NCBI GenBank assembly: GCA_032718475.1
Contig: JAUCBJ010004405.1
Coordinates: 7,828 to 71,827, forward strand
DNA length: 64,000 bases
From: Nemertoderma westbladi
Lineage: Eukaryota > Animalia > Xenacoelomorpha
Direction: 5' to 3'
Shown: in pieces, positions 11,901 to 23,872 of the stretch
How positions within the stretch are numbered: the stretch's first letter is position 1
How the letters are laid out: each line of letters starts with the position of its first letter
Made by a program: the position numbers and the translations under genes
Notes under the pieces: model-generated
What the model was told of the DNA's origin: nothing
Databases searched by the model: none
What the model saw: only the letters and a program-made list of their open reading frames with translations

Positions 11901-13827
11901 CAGTGGTGCGCACCACTGAACAGGCGTTTGAAGGGCTTGAGATTATCCCAAAAGCCTGGATGGTCATCCAGTACTCCACCGGTTTCTGGTTGAGGTCTCC
12001 TTCAGGCCACCACAGAAATCGTAGGCTATCTCGATCCCTATCCAGCGCCTTGACTTGTAAGAACATGCCTTCTATATCTGAGGCGAAAGCGATTGAATAT
12101 TGTCTTAATCTTAAGAGTATTCCCAACAAGGATTGGAGTAAGTTGGGTCCGGGTAACAATTCGGAATTAAGGGATTGGCCCATATAAAGGGCGGAGCCGT
12201 CAAACACCACTCGTACCTCATGGGGTTTACCGGGTTTGGGAACGTAATAGTGAGTTAAATAATACTTTCTCTCAGTTATAGGTGTTTCTTCCGGTACTCG
12301 CTCCGCATATCCCTTGCTAATAAATTTCTTCAACTGCGTTTGATACATTTCTTTAGCTGAAGAATTTGCCGTAAGGCGTCGATGTAGTTGAGCAATTCTT
12401 TTCTCTGCCAAGGGTCTGTTGTTTATGAACTTTGGTTCTCGCTTTCGGAAAGGTAGGCCGATTTCATATCTACCTTGATCTTTAAGAAAACGTGTAGTTG
12501 TCTCTTGGATCTGCTTGGCTCTTTCTTCTTCTACCGATAGGGCCTTATCGTAGGAATTGGGCTCTACAGCCTCTTGAGTAAAGAATCGTACGGCGTGTTC
12601 ATCCCGAGTCTTGGCATTATAACGTTCAATGACGTCATTAAGTTCGTCGTTATAGTCGTCTCGTTCTGATGGACGAAGGAGCTGACATAAGTTCACTTGG
12701 TTTTGCCAAGTCTCGTTTTCCTTAAGGAGATCAATGGTATTCTCCTCGTCGAAGAGTTGGTGGACATCGTCGTTATCTGAGGAGTATGGTGTTCCCTCAG
12801 TTGGATCGTCTAACTCACTGCTCTCAACTTCCCATTCTCTTACTTGATATACCTGATCTTTTGGTAATCTTTCCATGAGAGTTCTACGGGAAGGGCCAGT
12901 AAAGTACCAACCCACTCTAGTTCTTCCCGCATAAGCTTGTAGTGGTTGCGGTTGAGCAGGCCGTTTCTCCAATGTCTCGAGCGCTTCATGCGCATTTTGA
13001 CCGATGAGTATTTGCACTCCAGGGTAATCGGTGGCGAATCTAGGTATTTCAAGCTGCTGGGTGAAATCGTCCTCATCCCAGTTATAAGGTTCCACTTGGC
13101 TGGTAGCGAAGTTCTTTATCGCCACCATCTTTACTGACCTTATACTATGTTCTCCTAGTTCATCCTGGGGGGTGGACAACGCACCTACATAATAATCCGC
13201 TATTACTGTAGATTTCCAAACCTGCATAATTCCTGACATGTTTAGCTTAGTTCGGAACTTGGGTTGTCCATCAAAGATGTCTTCGGCTAGTTCTTTGTCG
13301 ATGAATGTTCCTGTACTACCGGAGTCAAGGAGGGCGTTCACTATATAACTCCTTTTAGGTCCGTGGACCCTTAACTGTACTACAGGAAATTCTCGGATTC
13401 CTACATTGGAAGTTGGCGCTTTCCAAGATGGTTGTCGATCAGAAGTAGTTAGGGTGAGGTCGCTGGCTGTGTCTTTTTCATACGTAAGTGCTCGATACAC
13501 TGCGGTATTTATCATGTAACAGGATTCATCTTCGTCGGAGAATTCATCCGTATAGAATCCTTCCATCTCAGAACTTTGGTCAGTGTCGTTCACATCACTG
13601 AATTGGACATGTAATTCGGAATCACTTACCTGACTCTGGCTGTTTCGCTCGAATTCAGTGTGCAACAAGATATGATGTTTCGCACCGCACTTTGCACACC
13701 TTGTGTCGGAGTAACAGGTTCGCCGTTGGTGTCCTTGTCTGAGGCAATTATAACACAACCGCTTATCCCACATGACTTCCCGTCTATCCGTTAATGATTT
13801 CTTTAGGAATTCATCACACACATTCAA
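8956..13827 (-). CDS. pol: BEL/Pao Pol polyprotein (Zn knuckles-PR-RT-RNase H-integrase)
   Basis: LLDSGS; SDIEGMFLQV and YMDD; LHVFEDAS, RAEL, WTD, NPADIASRG; HHCC (HSKLYH..CIPC); GVDLFGP, SDKGTNF, GGSWERL; C-terminal DUF5641-like YLPTLQLRTKW...GDMVLI...DGLVRSV. Confidence 0.97.
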   Translation of the reverse strand: MNVCDEFLKKSLTDRREVMWDKRLCYNCLRQGHQRRTCYSDTRCAKCGAKHHILLHTEFERNSQSQVSDSELHVQFSDVNDTDQSSEMEGFYTDEFSDEDESCYMINTAVYRALTYEKDTASDLTLTTSDRQPSWKAPTSNVGIREFPVVQLRVHGPKRSYIVNALLDSGSTGTFIDKELAEDIFDGQPKFRTKLNMSGIMQVWKSTVIADYYVGALSTPQDELGEHSIRSVKMVAIKNFATSQVEPYNWDEDDFTQQLEIPRFATDYPGVQILIGQNAHEALETLEKRPAQPQPLQAYAGRTRVGWYFTGPSRRTLMERLPKDQVYQVREWEVESSELDDPTEGTPYSSDNDDVHQLFDEENTIDLLKENETWQNQVNLCQLLRPSERDDYNDELNDVIERYNAKTRDEHAVRFFTQEAVEPNSYDKALSVEEERAKQIQETTTRFLKDQGRYEIGLPFRKREPKFINNRPLAEKRIAQLHRRLTANSSAKEMYQTQLKKFISKGYAERVPEETPITERKYYLTHYYVPKPGKPHEVRVVFDGSALYMGQSLNSELLPGPNLLQSLLGILLRLRQYSIAFASDIEGMFLQVKALDRDRDSLRFLWWPEGDLNQKPVEYWMTIQAFGIISSPSNACSVVRTTADDNREAFSKEVIDNIKRDIYMDDNLKSLPSVEEATDVAKGTVECLKRGGFRLTKFTSNSREFLESIPVEDRGAKDLDLIKDDLPETKTLGLKWDTERDILFFQLKQRDNPVRTKRICLSILSTYFDPLGFISPVILIARSLVQQMWLENHSWDNPLKGELLKKWMKWEDSLPAIENFIISRSYFGHVLPTYSYQLHVFEDASDMGIGIVAYLRVETPDGIKVALVTSKALINNKLKVPRAELKAALYATAIGRNVTEQIDYPLEKTVYWTDALLVLEYITNEVCQFSVFVTNRVAIILSRTTMDQWRHCPGTINPADIASRGATPQELVDTPDWLGGPDFLYKEEEEWPPHLTTAEIRQAKGAEKVKPKTRASKSKLFKPMVDLSVLHTSGDDALDQKPTAINKSVVEIREKDWKSGIPDVSQGLLPLLQRAIHHYSSWNRLCKAVTYLKRCFHHHYSGTKTKGDTAPLTSVQVHVVKDLPKYKISDRFLKEKIGYQEHEETNKQMLRLLQCYDDSDKYFLLLRNPQMRLRDRFASTMIDGLIRVGGRLTNAPLSFDTKFPILIRNLEIQVKMIVDVHSKLYHAGRERVLSEIRTRYYFYKPRRALNQVLRNCIPCRKAFSRPLTQREAELPRERVSFYEPPFTNTGVDLFGPIEVYRARTIVKRWCVIFVCMTCRAIHLDMVNDLSTNSFLLSLRQQIARFGTSNTMRSDKGTNFIGANNEIKDYVKDWNQRQVDDQLKVTASSWTFNAADAPWWGGSWERLIRSVKTAFLFIVPCRAYLTDELLRTLMEEIAAYLNERLLMPVSSSPDSLEALTPAHFLLKKPVAMLPQSEITDGDEYCRQTWQLMQLLSRRFADHFEKHYLPTLQLRTKWFAQQENVSAGDMVLIVDADLPRKRWQTGRIIETHISDDGLVRSVELVIMRRNFKKPGIVFETQQLNRPVGRLCLLERDRELSGNYGRQDTLPTTTSLIQQTSRDSPA

Positions 13828-14899
13828 ACGGTGGGGCCCGTCACACAGCGCACATTTTTGGGGTTTTTCTTACCTGTTCTCTCCTGTCATTGGTTCGAGA
13901 CCTGAATTTACTTATGTCTTTGGGCGTTTTGTTGACATAATAAGATCTTTCAGTGTCTTTCCCGCTGTCCTCTCCTTGAGAAGCCTGGCTTTCGCCGTCG
14001 TCGGTATAACACACTGGTGTTACCTTTCTCCTAGAAACGGGTTTCTCACTTACCTTGTTTTCCGGTGTCTTCTATCTGGACTGCTTTAGGAGCTGTAATT
14101 TCACTTCTCCATCTAAGAATGACATGAGATCAGCCATGGTAGGGTCTCGTCGTTGCTGTTCCATCATATATAACACTTTCTTATCCCAGCGTGTACCTAC
14201 TCCACCCTTCGGTAAAGTAGAGGCCACAGCTCCAATAACCATAGAACTCTGATATTCATGAGACTTACCTAGCCAATCTAATTGTCTACAGATCTCCTGA
14301 ATCTCATCGGAAAACTCTATAATCCCGCTGCTAATGAATTTTCGGGACGCTACCAATTTTGCATACAAATACCTAGCTATGTTATTCCTATTACCATACC
14401 TGATGTTTAGGGTATCCCAAACTTGTCTTAATCCATCGGGATGTCCAATAAACTTTAACGCCATTAACTTGGGAGATCCTTCCAAGCACTCGATGAGGAA
14501 TCTAAGTTTCTCTCCGTTTGATAGCACAGAGTTCTGTATGTTATCTTTGTAATATTCATTAAAAGGTAACCATTTCATCTCATCTCCATTGAACTTGACG
14601 ATCTCTCCCACCTTGACCGCTTGACGGGCTTCGGTTCTAGCCATTTGACGCGTAAAACTTTCTTGGGCCATCGTGTTATTTAATATCGAGTTATCGGTAT
14701 ATAAATTTCTCGGATTATTATCAAGTCTATATGGGATATCATTGTCAACGGGTTTATAATTACCCTTAATAGGGTTTACTATAGGAGTTTCCACTTCGCT
14801 AGCAGTATAGATGCGTGTAGGCTCCACAACTTGCGCATGAAATACTTCAGACCTAACAGGTTGACACATTGTTACAGGGGGTGGTGGTATACCCTTTTG
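13828..14899 (-). pseudogene. gag: Element B Gag capsid-like (DUF1759-type) region
   Basis: VKFNGDEMKWLPF...EKLRFLIECLEGSPK. Nonsense TAG at 14072-14074 where element C has GAG; short deletion before the knuckles. Confidence 0.9.
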
Positions 14900-15648
14900 C
14901 ACCAACGAAATTGCAAACCAAAGAAGAAGTTCAACAGGATTTGGTGGTAATAGATCATTGGCCCACTCCCACTTGCAAAGAAATTGACCAACCCCCTGTA
15001 ACTTTACACACAGATAAATCACAATGGAACAGGGTTGTGGAGAAACCTTTCAATCAACCCAGGAATAGAATGAGACACCATACACAACTCCATACCAACC
15101 ACCCTAAGTAACAAATTTGCTCCCTTGAGAGAAAATTGTGGTCCTCTTTATAATACTCATCTCCAACAGCACCCAACCAAGAAGCTTCCATCCAATTATC
15201 AACCCCAAATGCTGCCTTCTCACAACTCCATGAACAGAGTCCAGAAGCAACTAACCCAAAAGCACCAAGTGCATTATGGACCGAATAACCAATCTGTTCC
15301 CCACACACCCTCTTATAAAGACAACAGAGCAAATGATCTGTATCCACCAACTAAAAACTATACAAAGCATAATCTCACCAACCACCATACAAAGGAAGCT
15401 CCCAGAGACAGAAGTTACGTAGAAAGGTTCCAATTGAAGGTCAACTACTTCAATGACCATTCCTTCAAACAAACTTCTAATACACACCCTTCGCCAGTAC
15501 CCTTTAAGCTTAAATATCAAAGCAACAATGAAACCTGTAATTACACCAGAGCCCCCAACCATATTCATACCTCAAACATCAAAACCTGTAACAGTACTTC
15601 CATTTTTCTTACTAACATTGACCCAATTATGTTTGAAGAGGATTAATT
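14900..15648 (+). mobile_element. ~750-bp foreign insert in gag; probable CR1/L2-type LINE ORF1 fragment
   Basis: Absent from the homologous site in element C (~56432-56440). The plus strand encodes QWNRVV and IPTTLSNKFAPL (15092-15127), resembling the WxxV / LSNRFxxL motifs of CR1/L2 ORF1. Confidence 0.55.
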
Positions 15649-17427
15649 CTAATTTATCGCGTTCTAACGCGATACTTTGCTGCACTTCTTGCAACTCTAA
15701 CCTACTCTCTCTAACTGTTCCCTTTAACAGCTGCACAGTCCCCTCCATCTCCTGGACTTGCTGAGAGGAGCGGGAACGGTGTTCCCTCAGCTGCCCGAGC
15801 AGGAGACCCATCTCCCGTCGTCCCTCATCTACCCACTCGACCGCCGAAGCGGGAGGCGCCAACGTTGTAGCGGGCGGACGAGGGACAACGGGCGACAAAT
15901 CATTAATATTTCGCTCGGAGTCCAGGACATGAACATTTTCAAGGGTGGTTCTGTGGGGCACAGGTAGCTTAGTGCTGTGCAGAGGGAATTTAGAGGTAGG
16001 TTCAGGGAGTACAGGTGTCTCTATCACCGAAGGGGTGGCTTCGAGAACAGGCCTAATTATTTCAGGCTCATCTACTATAGTAGGGAGTCTTTCTCTGTTA
16101 ATTATTTGGTCTGTGGGTTCTGTACTACCTAAGTTTGTGTTAGTTAGTTGCCTTCTAACAGCTGGGGGCAAATCAGGCAATTTCTGACGGTGGGATATTC
16201 TTCTACGTCTGCTTAGACGAGATCTATTTCCTCCGCCTTCAGTATCGGTTGTATCGCCTTCCTCAGATGATGTATATCCCTGTCTTTTGGGAGTAGATCG
16301 ACTCATCATCTGCATTTGACTAGCTGTTAACTGTTTATTTATGCAGTCTTGATTCTCTTGAATATTTTCCAAATCTAGTTGGGCGATCTCTTCAGACGCT
16401 TTCCGTTCTGCTTCTGCCGCTGCTACTGCCGCCTTTCTTTCCGCTTCGGCCGCTGTCACTGCCGCCTTTCTTTCCGCTTCGGCTGCTGCCGCTGCCGCCT
16501 TTCTTTCCGCTTCGGCCGCTGCCACTGCCGCTGCCGCTGCCGCTTTTCTTTCCGCTTCTGCCACTGCCACTGCTGCTGCCACTGCCGCTGTCTTTCTGTC
16601 TTCTATACGTTTTTTCTTTACTTGTTCTTCTTGGACTCTAGCGATGCGGAGGCGTTCATCAAATTTAGCTTGGTTCGCAGCTCTCATATCCACATCGATT
16701 GCGTCCAACACAAGCTTGGCTCCTTCACTATTAGGGCTAAGTCCTTCCAGCCTTCTCCTCAACTCTTCATCACCTACAAAGCGTTGATAGTCTGACAAAT
16801 AGATGTCAATAGCATCCCTCTTACGCGGTTTCTCTGCTGTCGCTTCACTTTCCACTTGGGAAAAGGTAGCGTCTGTTGATTCTCCAAGGGTTGAGCGCTC
16901 ATCCAACTGGGATTTCCATGGGGCAGTTCTTTGAACTTGGAGACTCACTCGCTGAAACCAAGTCTTTACGGCAACTTGCAACGACGTGTCTTGTCTTCTT
17001 TTCAAAGCCTCCTCAAAGGCCGATAAGATTAGTCTGATTCTTAGAATTCTTTCTCGAACTTGATAAAGCAGCTCTCCCTGCTCTTGAGGTCCTTGGGGTG
17101 GTCGAAACAGTTGTTCCTCTAATCTCTCCAAAGAGCTGAAGAAGTATCCACACTACTGGAGCTGTCGGGCCGCTGAGAAATAAGTTCTCGGCTCGCGGGT
17201 TGTTGCTGTTCCGCTGCTTCTTGGTCCCGCTTGACCTGAGCTCGAGTGCCTATGATAGACCTACGATGTTGGACTAGCCTAGGGTCTGATACTACTACTG
17301 GAGGGATGATCTTTCTTACAGTAGGAGGTGAGTTGAACTTCGGTCTCACACGTTCCACACTCCTGTCTGGGTCACAGATGGTCGTATCTAGGAGACTGTC
17401 TGACAAGTTTTGCTTTGTGTCAGACAT
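15649..17427 (-). pseudogene. gag: Element B Gag N-terminal coiled-coil region
   Basis: MSDTKQNLSDS start and AEAERKAA repeats, homologous to 56504-58561. A ~350-bp frameshifting deletion near 17143 splits it into two ORFs. Confidence 0.9.
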
Positions 17428-18764
17428 GTTTGTTTGTACAGTTGAATGCCTACTGCTATATTACAGTTTAAGCAAGTCTAGTAATTCAGTATCACCGTTA
17501 GCCTAGTAATTAATTACCGATACTGCTACTCAGTGTAGTGTGATATATATATAATATATTAGAATACCGGTATGCTTATAGTATATATATAAGTATTATT
17601 ACAGACTAGGTTTATCACAGAATACCGGTATATAATTTTAGCACAAATATATATAAATATATAATAGGCCTATCGTGAATACCGGTATACAGCTTACACT
17701 TATAATGTATATATATAAGTATAATTACAGACTAGAATTAATCACAGAATACCGGTATATAATTTAGCCTAAATTTATAGAAATAAATATAATAAGCCTA
17801 TCGCGAATACCGGTATGTCAATTATTTTAAATAATTGAATTTCTGAATTTTTAGGGGTTACTTGGTTACTTTACTTACTTTATTACCGTTATTTGAGCAG
17901 TAGTCCAACTGATATTAAGACCTAATTGTTGTATGACAGGCCTACTATTTATAAATCGTTTGAGTTGATTTATAATATATATACCCGTTAAATGGGTTTT
18001 TGTCAATATTTGAAATAAATGTTATTATTTCTGGGGGGAGTCACTACACAGAAGCTGTGCGCTCTCAGTGAAGCGCTACTTGTTGGACACTAAAACAAAT
18101 AATTCTAATTTACCTAAGTTACTTAATACTACAAATTACATACAATTCAGTGTAAGATTACAATCTCTAAATAAACACAAAAATTACACGTACGAATTTT
18201 TAGGGTAATTTTACAAGAAGTCTACAAACCAGCCTAACAAAGGGTTAGAATATCTGGTTATTACAACGGACAGGGTACTATGGTATTTGAAAATAATAAG
18301 TAGTAGTAAATATACTGCATTGTCCAGATAGGAAAAATACCACCGTCTGACAACTTATAGCCGTATCGCTATAAGTACTACGTTATGTATCACGGAGTGT
18401 TCCTACCTAGAAGTTAATTACCGCAGTCTACCAGAACCAACGTGCCTATTAACCACTTTACAACACAAATATACTGCCTACACACTAATCACCTTCGGAA
18501 AGCACTGTACACAAAACCCTAAATTAGGTACAAGTACTTATACAACAAATAATCAGTAGTTAAAAATACTTGAACAGCTAAAAGAACCACGGTATCTGCT
18601 GGAGTGACCGGGGCACAAAATCACCAGTCTTTACCTACGCCTAGCAGCCCTGATGTAGTACCAGGGTTAATTTAACTATAACGGTATATATAACAAGCAC
18701 AATTACTGTAGGAATAAACTTGGGGATATGAATGTTGTGAATAATCGCATAAACTCTGAATAAT

Positions 18765-19340
18765 AAATATTACGCTACGCGTACAGACTACTCAAACAAA
18801 ATGCAGACCAAATACTGACAGACTACTATCAAGCCCAAACAAACTACGGTATATGCAGACTCCGAAATGGTTAGTTAGTATGCGTTCTAACCGAGTAGTA
18901 CGACTTATTCTTTCGAGGGGGTTTACCTCACAGCACTGGAAGCCCCTACGTTCCCAACTGGCACTTTATCAGACATACACTCTACACACACCGAAATCTC
19001 TTCAGACCCAACAACAGCCAGACAACAATCCAGCCTACAAATTATCTAAATAAGAAATATTACGCTACCCGTACAGACTACACAAACAAAGTACAAACTA
19101 AACGCTGGCAGACTACTATCAAGCCTAAATACACTACAGTATATGCAGACTCCGAAATGGTTAGTTAGTATGCGTTCTAACCGAGTAGTACGACTTATTC
19201 TTTCGAGGGGGTTTACCTCACAGCACTGGAAGCCCCTACTTTCCTAACTAGTACTTTTTCGGACATACGCTCTACACACACTACAGTCCCTTCAGACTTA
19301 ACAACAGTCAGACAACAGTCCAGCCTACAAATTATCTGTA
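18765..19340. repeat. Diverged ~290-bp tandem duplication in element B 5' UTR
   Basis: AAATATTACGCTAC...CAGCCTACAAATTATCT at 18765 and 19055; single copy in element C. Confidence 0.85.
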
Positions 19341-20516
19341 CAATCTGAGCAGGCTTACACGCCTTCTGCTCAATATTGGCCTACAAATAAATAAAACTGA
19401 CAGAAATAAGTAAAATCTCAATAAAAAACCAGGGCTGCAGTCCCTGATTAATTATTAAGGCCTACCGGTATATAATTATCAAAATCGAATAATACTGCTG
19501 TACCTGTACTGCTGTAGGTACCGGTCCGGGTGGTTAGGTAGTCAGGCCTACTAGGTACCGGTTAACCGGTACTTCAGCTTTATTGCCTACTGCAATACAG
19601 AAGCTATATCTGTTATTGTTCACGCTTTCAGACCTTTAGCAGTTTAACCTGCCAAATTGGGATGTCTTCTAGATAATAGATCGTCTTTAGCCTATGACAA
19701 GTATTTGATACACTACATTAGCCGAAGCCAGTCTATGCGCGATCATTCACCTGCTGGATATACCCGGGAGACTGGATTCGGAAGCCTAACCGTATTGCGG
19801 TGTAGGCCTACTGTATTATTCGACTGATCGTAATATATAATCTCTGACAAATATTATTCACTTTCGGGAAATATTAACAGTTCCTTTAGGACATCTACAC
19901 ACACTACAGTCCCTTCAGACTTAACAACAGTCAGACAACAGTCCAGCCTACAAATTATGTGTACAATCTGAGCAGGCTTACACGCCTTCTGCTCAATATT
20001 GGCCTACAAATAAATAAAACTGACAGAAATAAGTAAAATCTCAATAAAAAACCAGGGCTGCAGTCCCTGATTAATTATTAAGGCCTACCGGTATATAATT
20101 ATCAAAATCGAATAATACTGCTGTACCTGTACTGCTGTAGGTACCGGTCCGGGTGGTTAGGTAGTCAGGCCTACTAGGTACCGGTTAACCGGTACTTCAG
20201 CTTTATTGCCTACTGCAATACAGAAGCTATATCTGTTATTGTTCACGCTTTCAGACCTTTAGCAGTTTAACCTGCCAAATTGGGATGTCTTCTAGATAAT
20301 AGATCGTCTTTAGCCTATGACAAGTATTTGATACACTACATTAGCCGAAGCCAGTCTATGCGCGATCATTCACCTGCTGGATATACCCGGGAGACTGGAT
20401 TCGGAAGCCTAACCGTATTGCGGTGTAGGCCTACTGTATTATTCGACTGATCGTAATATATAATCTCTGACAAATATTATTCACTTTCGGGAAATATTAA
20501 CAGTTCCTTTAGGACG
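19271..20516. repeat. 623-bp near-perfect tandem duplication spanning the U5 end and primer site of element B
   Basis: 19271-19893 repeats at 19894-20516; the LTR end TGTTCACG occurs at both 19617 and 20240. Confidence 0.95.
20228..20239 (-). promoter_or_regulatory. Non-tRNA primer-binding position of element B (ATAACAGATATA)
   Basis: Abuts the LTR end, has no TGG, and is the exact complement of LTR site 20963-20974. Confidence 0.75.
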
Positions 20517-21415
20517 TGGCGCTCTAAATATGTAAACAGAGTTATGACTTAAACTAGACACAACGGGATGGCTATAGATTCACGTATATGGCGCATTCTT
20601 TAGGAGATGCTTTGTTATCAGTCACAATCATACACAATACTGCACAATGCTGCACACCGATCTGCCGACCTTCACTAATTTTAGTTACATATAAAGAGAA
20701 CAACAACCAATACATGTAGGGCCTATGAAATAGCATTAGATTTACTTCAAAACCACTTTAATGTAAGTCGCAATCGTTATATGTAACCGGTCTCTCTAAC
20801 CTTCAGTATATCAAGAAGATTGGGGTGTCTGATTATTGATTGATATTCTCCAATATAATAATATTCCATCAACAGATATAATGAATAACCGACAGTAAAT
20901 AGCAGTAAAATGCGGTGTTTGTAGTTGACAATATGATTAGGTGAGTGAGTAAGATTGTTTAGATAACAGATATACGTTCTATAATTAAGCCTACTAATGT
21001 TGGGCTAAAGACTGAAAACACAGAGATTCCGAAGCCGGTCTTCTGGGCTCAGGACAAAATGTAAACATTGACCCATAATGCATTGCGCGATTTCTCGGAG
21101 GTTTCTGTACAAAAAGCAGGAGAATCGCTCTGATTGGTTGACCGAACAAAGAAACACCAGAGAACAAGGAAAAGCTACACGTGTACAGCTCAGCTGTTAG
21201 CTGTCGTCATAGTAACTACACTGTTTCAAGAGGATCTAGCGCATTGCGTCATAGAATTGCTAATTATGTCCGCTAAAGTACACATACAGAAGAAATGGCT
21301 TTTTATGTCCACTAAAACACCAGTACAGTAAGGGTACGGCCTTTTATGCCTGTTAAACCAACTACAGAGTACTTTACGGGGAAAATAACCGGCTAATTCC
21401 GCAAAAGCTTTTACA
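20240..21415 (-). repeat. 5' LTR of element B
   Basis: TGTAAAAGC...GTGAACA on the minus strand, homologous end to end to the element C LTRs; flanked by GAACC of the satellite (probable target duplication). Confidence 0.95.
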
Positions 21416-23280
21416 GAACCCTTCCACACTGTTTCCTAAAGGAATGCCTGTTCACCACCATGGATGATCTTCCACAGTAAACACTTTCACTATGTTTCCT
21501 AAAGGAATGCCTGTTCACCGCACCATGGGTGATCTTCCACAGTAAACCCTTCCACTATGTTTCCTAAAGGAATGCCTGTTCACCGCACCATGGGTGATCT
21601 TCCACAGTAAACCCTTCCACTATGTTTCCTAAAGGAATGCCTGTTCACCACCATGAGTGATCTTATAAAGTGAACCCTTCCACACTGTTTCCTAAAGGAA
21701 TGCCTGTTCACCGCACCATGGGTGATCTTCCACAGTAAAAACCCTTTCACTCTGTTTCGTAAAGGAATGCCTGTTCACCACCATGGGTGATCATCCACAG
21801 TAAACCCTTCCACTCTGTTTCCTAAAGGAATGCCTGTTCACCACCATGGATGATCTTCCACAGTAAACCCTTCCACTCTGTTTCCTAAAGGGATGCCTGT
21901 TCACCGCACCATGGGTGATCTTCCACAGTAAACCCTTCCACTCTGTTTCCTAAAGGAATGCCTGTTCACCACCATGGGTGATCTTCTACAGTAAACCCTT
22001 CCACTCTGTTTCATAAAGGAATGCCTGTTCACCGCACCATGGGTGATCTTCCACAGTAAACCCTTTCACTCTGTTTCGTAAAGGAATGCCTGTTCACCAC
22101 CATGGGTGATCATCCACAGTAAACCCTTCCACTCTGTTTCCTAAAGGAATGCCTGTTCACCACCATGGGTGATCATCCACAGTAAACCCTTCCACTCTGT
22201 TTCCTAAAGGAATGCCTGTTCACCACCATGGGTGATCTTCCACAGTAAAAACCCTTTCACTCTGTTTCGTAAAGGAATGCCTGTTCACCACCATGGGTGA
22301 TCATCCACAGTAAACCCTTCCACTCTGTTTCCTAAAGGAATGCCTGTTCACCACCATGGATGATCTTCCACAGTAAACCCTTCCACTCTGTTTCCTAAAG
22401 GGATGCCTGTTCACCGCACCATGGGTGATCTTCCACAGTAAACCCTTCCACTCTGTTTCCTAAAGGAATGCCTGTTCACCACCATGGGTGATCTTCTACA
22501 GTAAACCCTTCCACTCTGTTTCATAAAGGAATGCCTGTTCACCACCATGAGTGATCTTATAAAGTGAACCCTTCCACACTGTTTCCTAAAGGAATGCCTG
22601 TTCACCGCACCATGGGTGATCTTCCACAGTAAAAACCCTTTCACTCTGTTTCGTAAAGGAATGCCTGTTCACCACCATGGGTGATCATCCACAGTAAACC
22701 CTTCCACTCTGTTTCCTAAAGGAATGCCTGTTCACCACCATGGATGATCTTCCACAGTAAACCCTTCCACTCTGTTTCCTAAAGGGATGCCTGTTCACCG
22801 CACCATGGGTGATCTTCCACAGTAAACCCTTTCACTCTGTTTCGTAAAGGAATGCCTGTTCACCACCATGGGTGATCATCCACAGTAAACCCTTCCACTC
22901 TGTTTCCTAAAGGAATGCCTGTTCACCACCATGGGTGATCTTCCACAGTAAAAACCCTTTCACTCTGTTTCGTAAAGGAATGCCTGTTCACCACCATGGG
23001 TGATCATCCACAGTAAACCCTTCCACTCTGTTTCCTAAAGGAATGCCTGTTCACCACCATGGATGATCTTCCACAGTAAACCCTTCCACTCTGTTTCCTA
23101 AAGGGATGCCTGTTCACCGCACCATGGGTGATCTTCCACAGTAAACCCTTCCACTCTGTTTCCTAAAGGAATGCCTGTTCACCACCATGGGTGATCTTCT
23201 ACAGTAAACCCTTCCACTCTGTTTCATAAAGGAATGCCTGTTCAACACCATGGGGGATCTTTCACAGTAAACCCTTCCAC
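21416..23280. repeat. 63-bp satellite array (~29 units)
   Basis: Unit AAACCCTTCCACTCTGTTTCCTAAAGGAATGCCTGTTCACCACCATGGGTGATCTTCCACAGT, with recurring variants forming higher-order blocks. Confidence 0.97.
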
Positions 23281-23872
23281 CCTTCTATCAATATTATTAA
23301 TAGGTGGGCAAAAATTATCTCGGCTTTACTTTGTATAACAAAAACCGAGACGAATTTAGTTTGTAAAGAAAAAATAAATAAAAGTAAGATAAGTAAGATA
23401 AGTAAATATTTAATGTCTGGGGCTTTCGCCCCCAGCCGCTATGCGACTTATCAGACAAATTGACACAAATCACAATGGATAACTAACAGCAAAACCAACA
23501 AACCGCACCGAAACAAACAGCACCTGAATATACCGCATAAAACTTACAAAGTATAATTTCATATATAAGATTATACGTCTAAGTCTACCTACACTATACA
23601 GTAACCTACTTTTTACTTTAATGTTTTAAATTAAGTTTTACGCCTCAACAAAACCCACTGCCTTGCCGCTTAAACAACAATACCCACTACTGCCCTTCTT
23701 GGCACCCCAATAAAATTGGCGATTAAAATAATCTATAAACTTTGTGTTAAATAAATCCTTATAAGGGATGTGTTTCTGTATAATGATAATATGATACATT
23801 ATTAAATGAATTTAATATTAGCATCGCCGATATTATATTTTAAACAATTTCAATTTTCTACAAACACATAAT

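Larger units (their letters stand above)
8290..21415 (-). mobile_element. BEL/Pao LTR retrotransposon B (3' LTR not in window)
   Basis: 5' LTR 20240-21415, long 5' UTR, disrupted gag, open 1623-aa pol, and a 3' UTR homologous to element C down to ~8290. Confidence 0.95.

Noticed and set aside
21416-23280. Regular array resembling a CRISPR locus
   Set aside because: Units are contiguous with no unique spacers, there are no cas genes, and the context is eukaryotic; it is a satellite.
23415-23460. Hammerhead-like CTGATAAG...GCGAAAGC on the minus strand
   Set aside because: The core deviates from CUGANGA and the GAAA sits in a simple hairpin loop; at most a relic.
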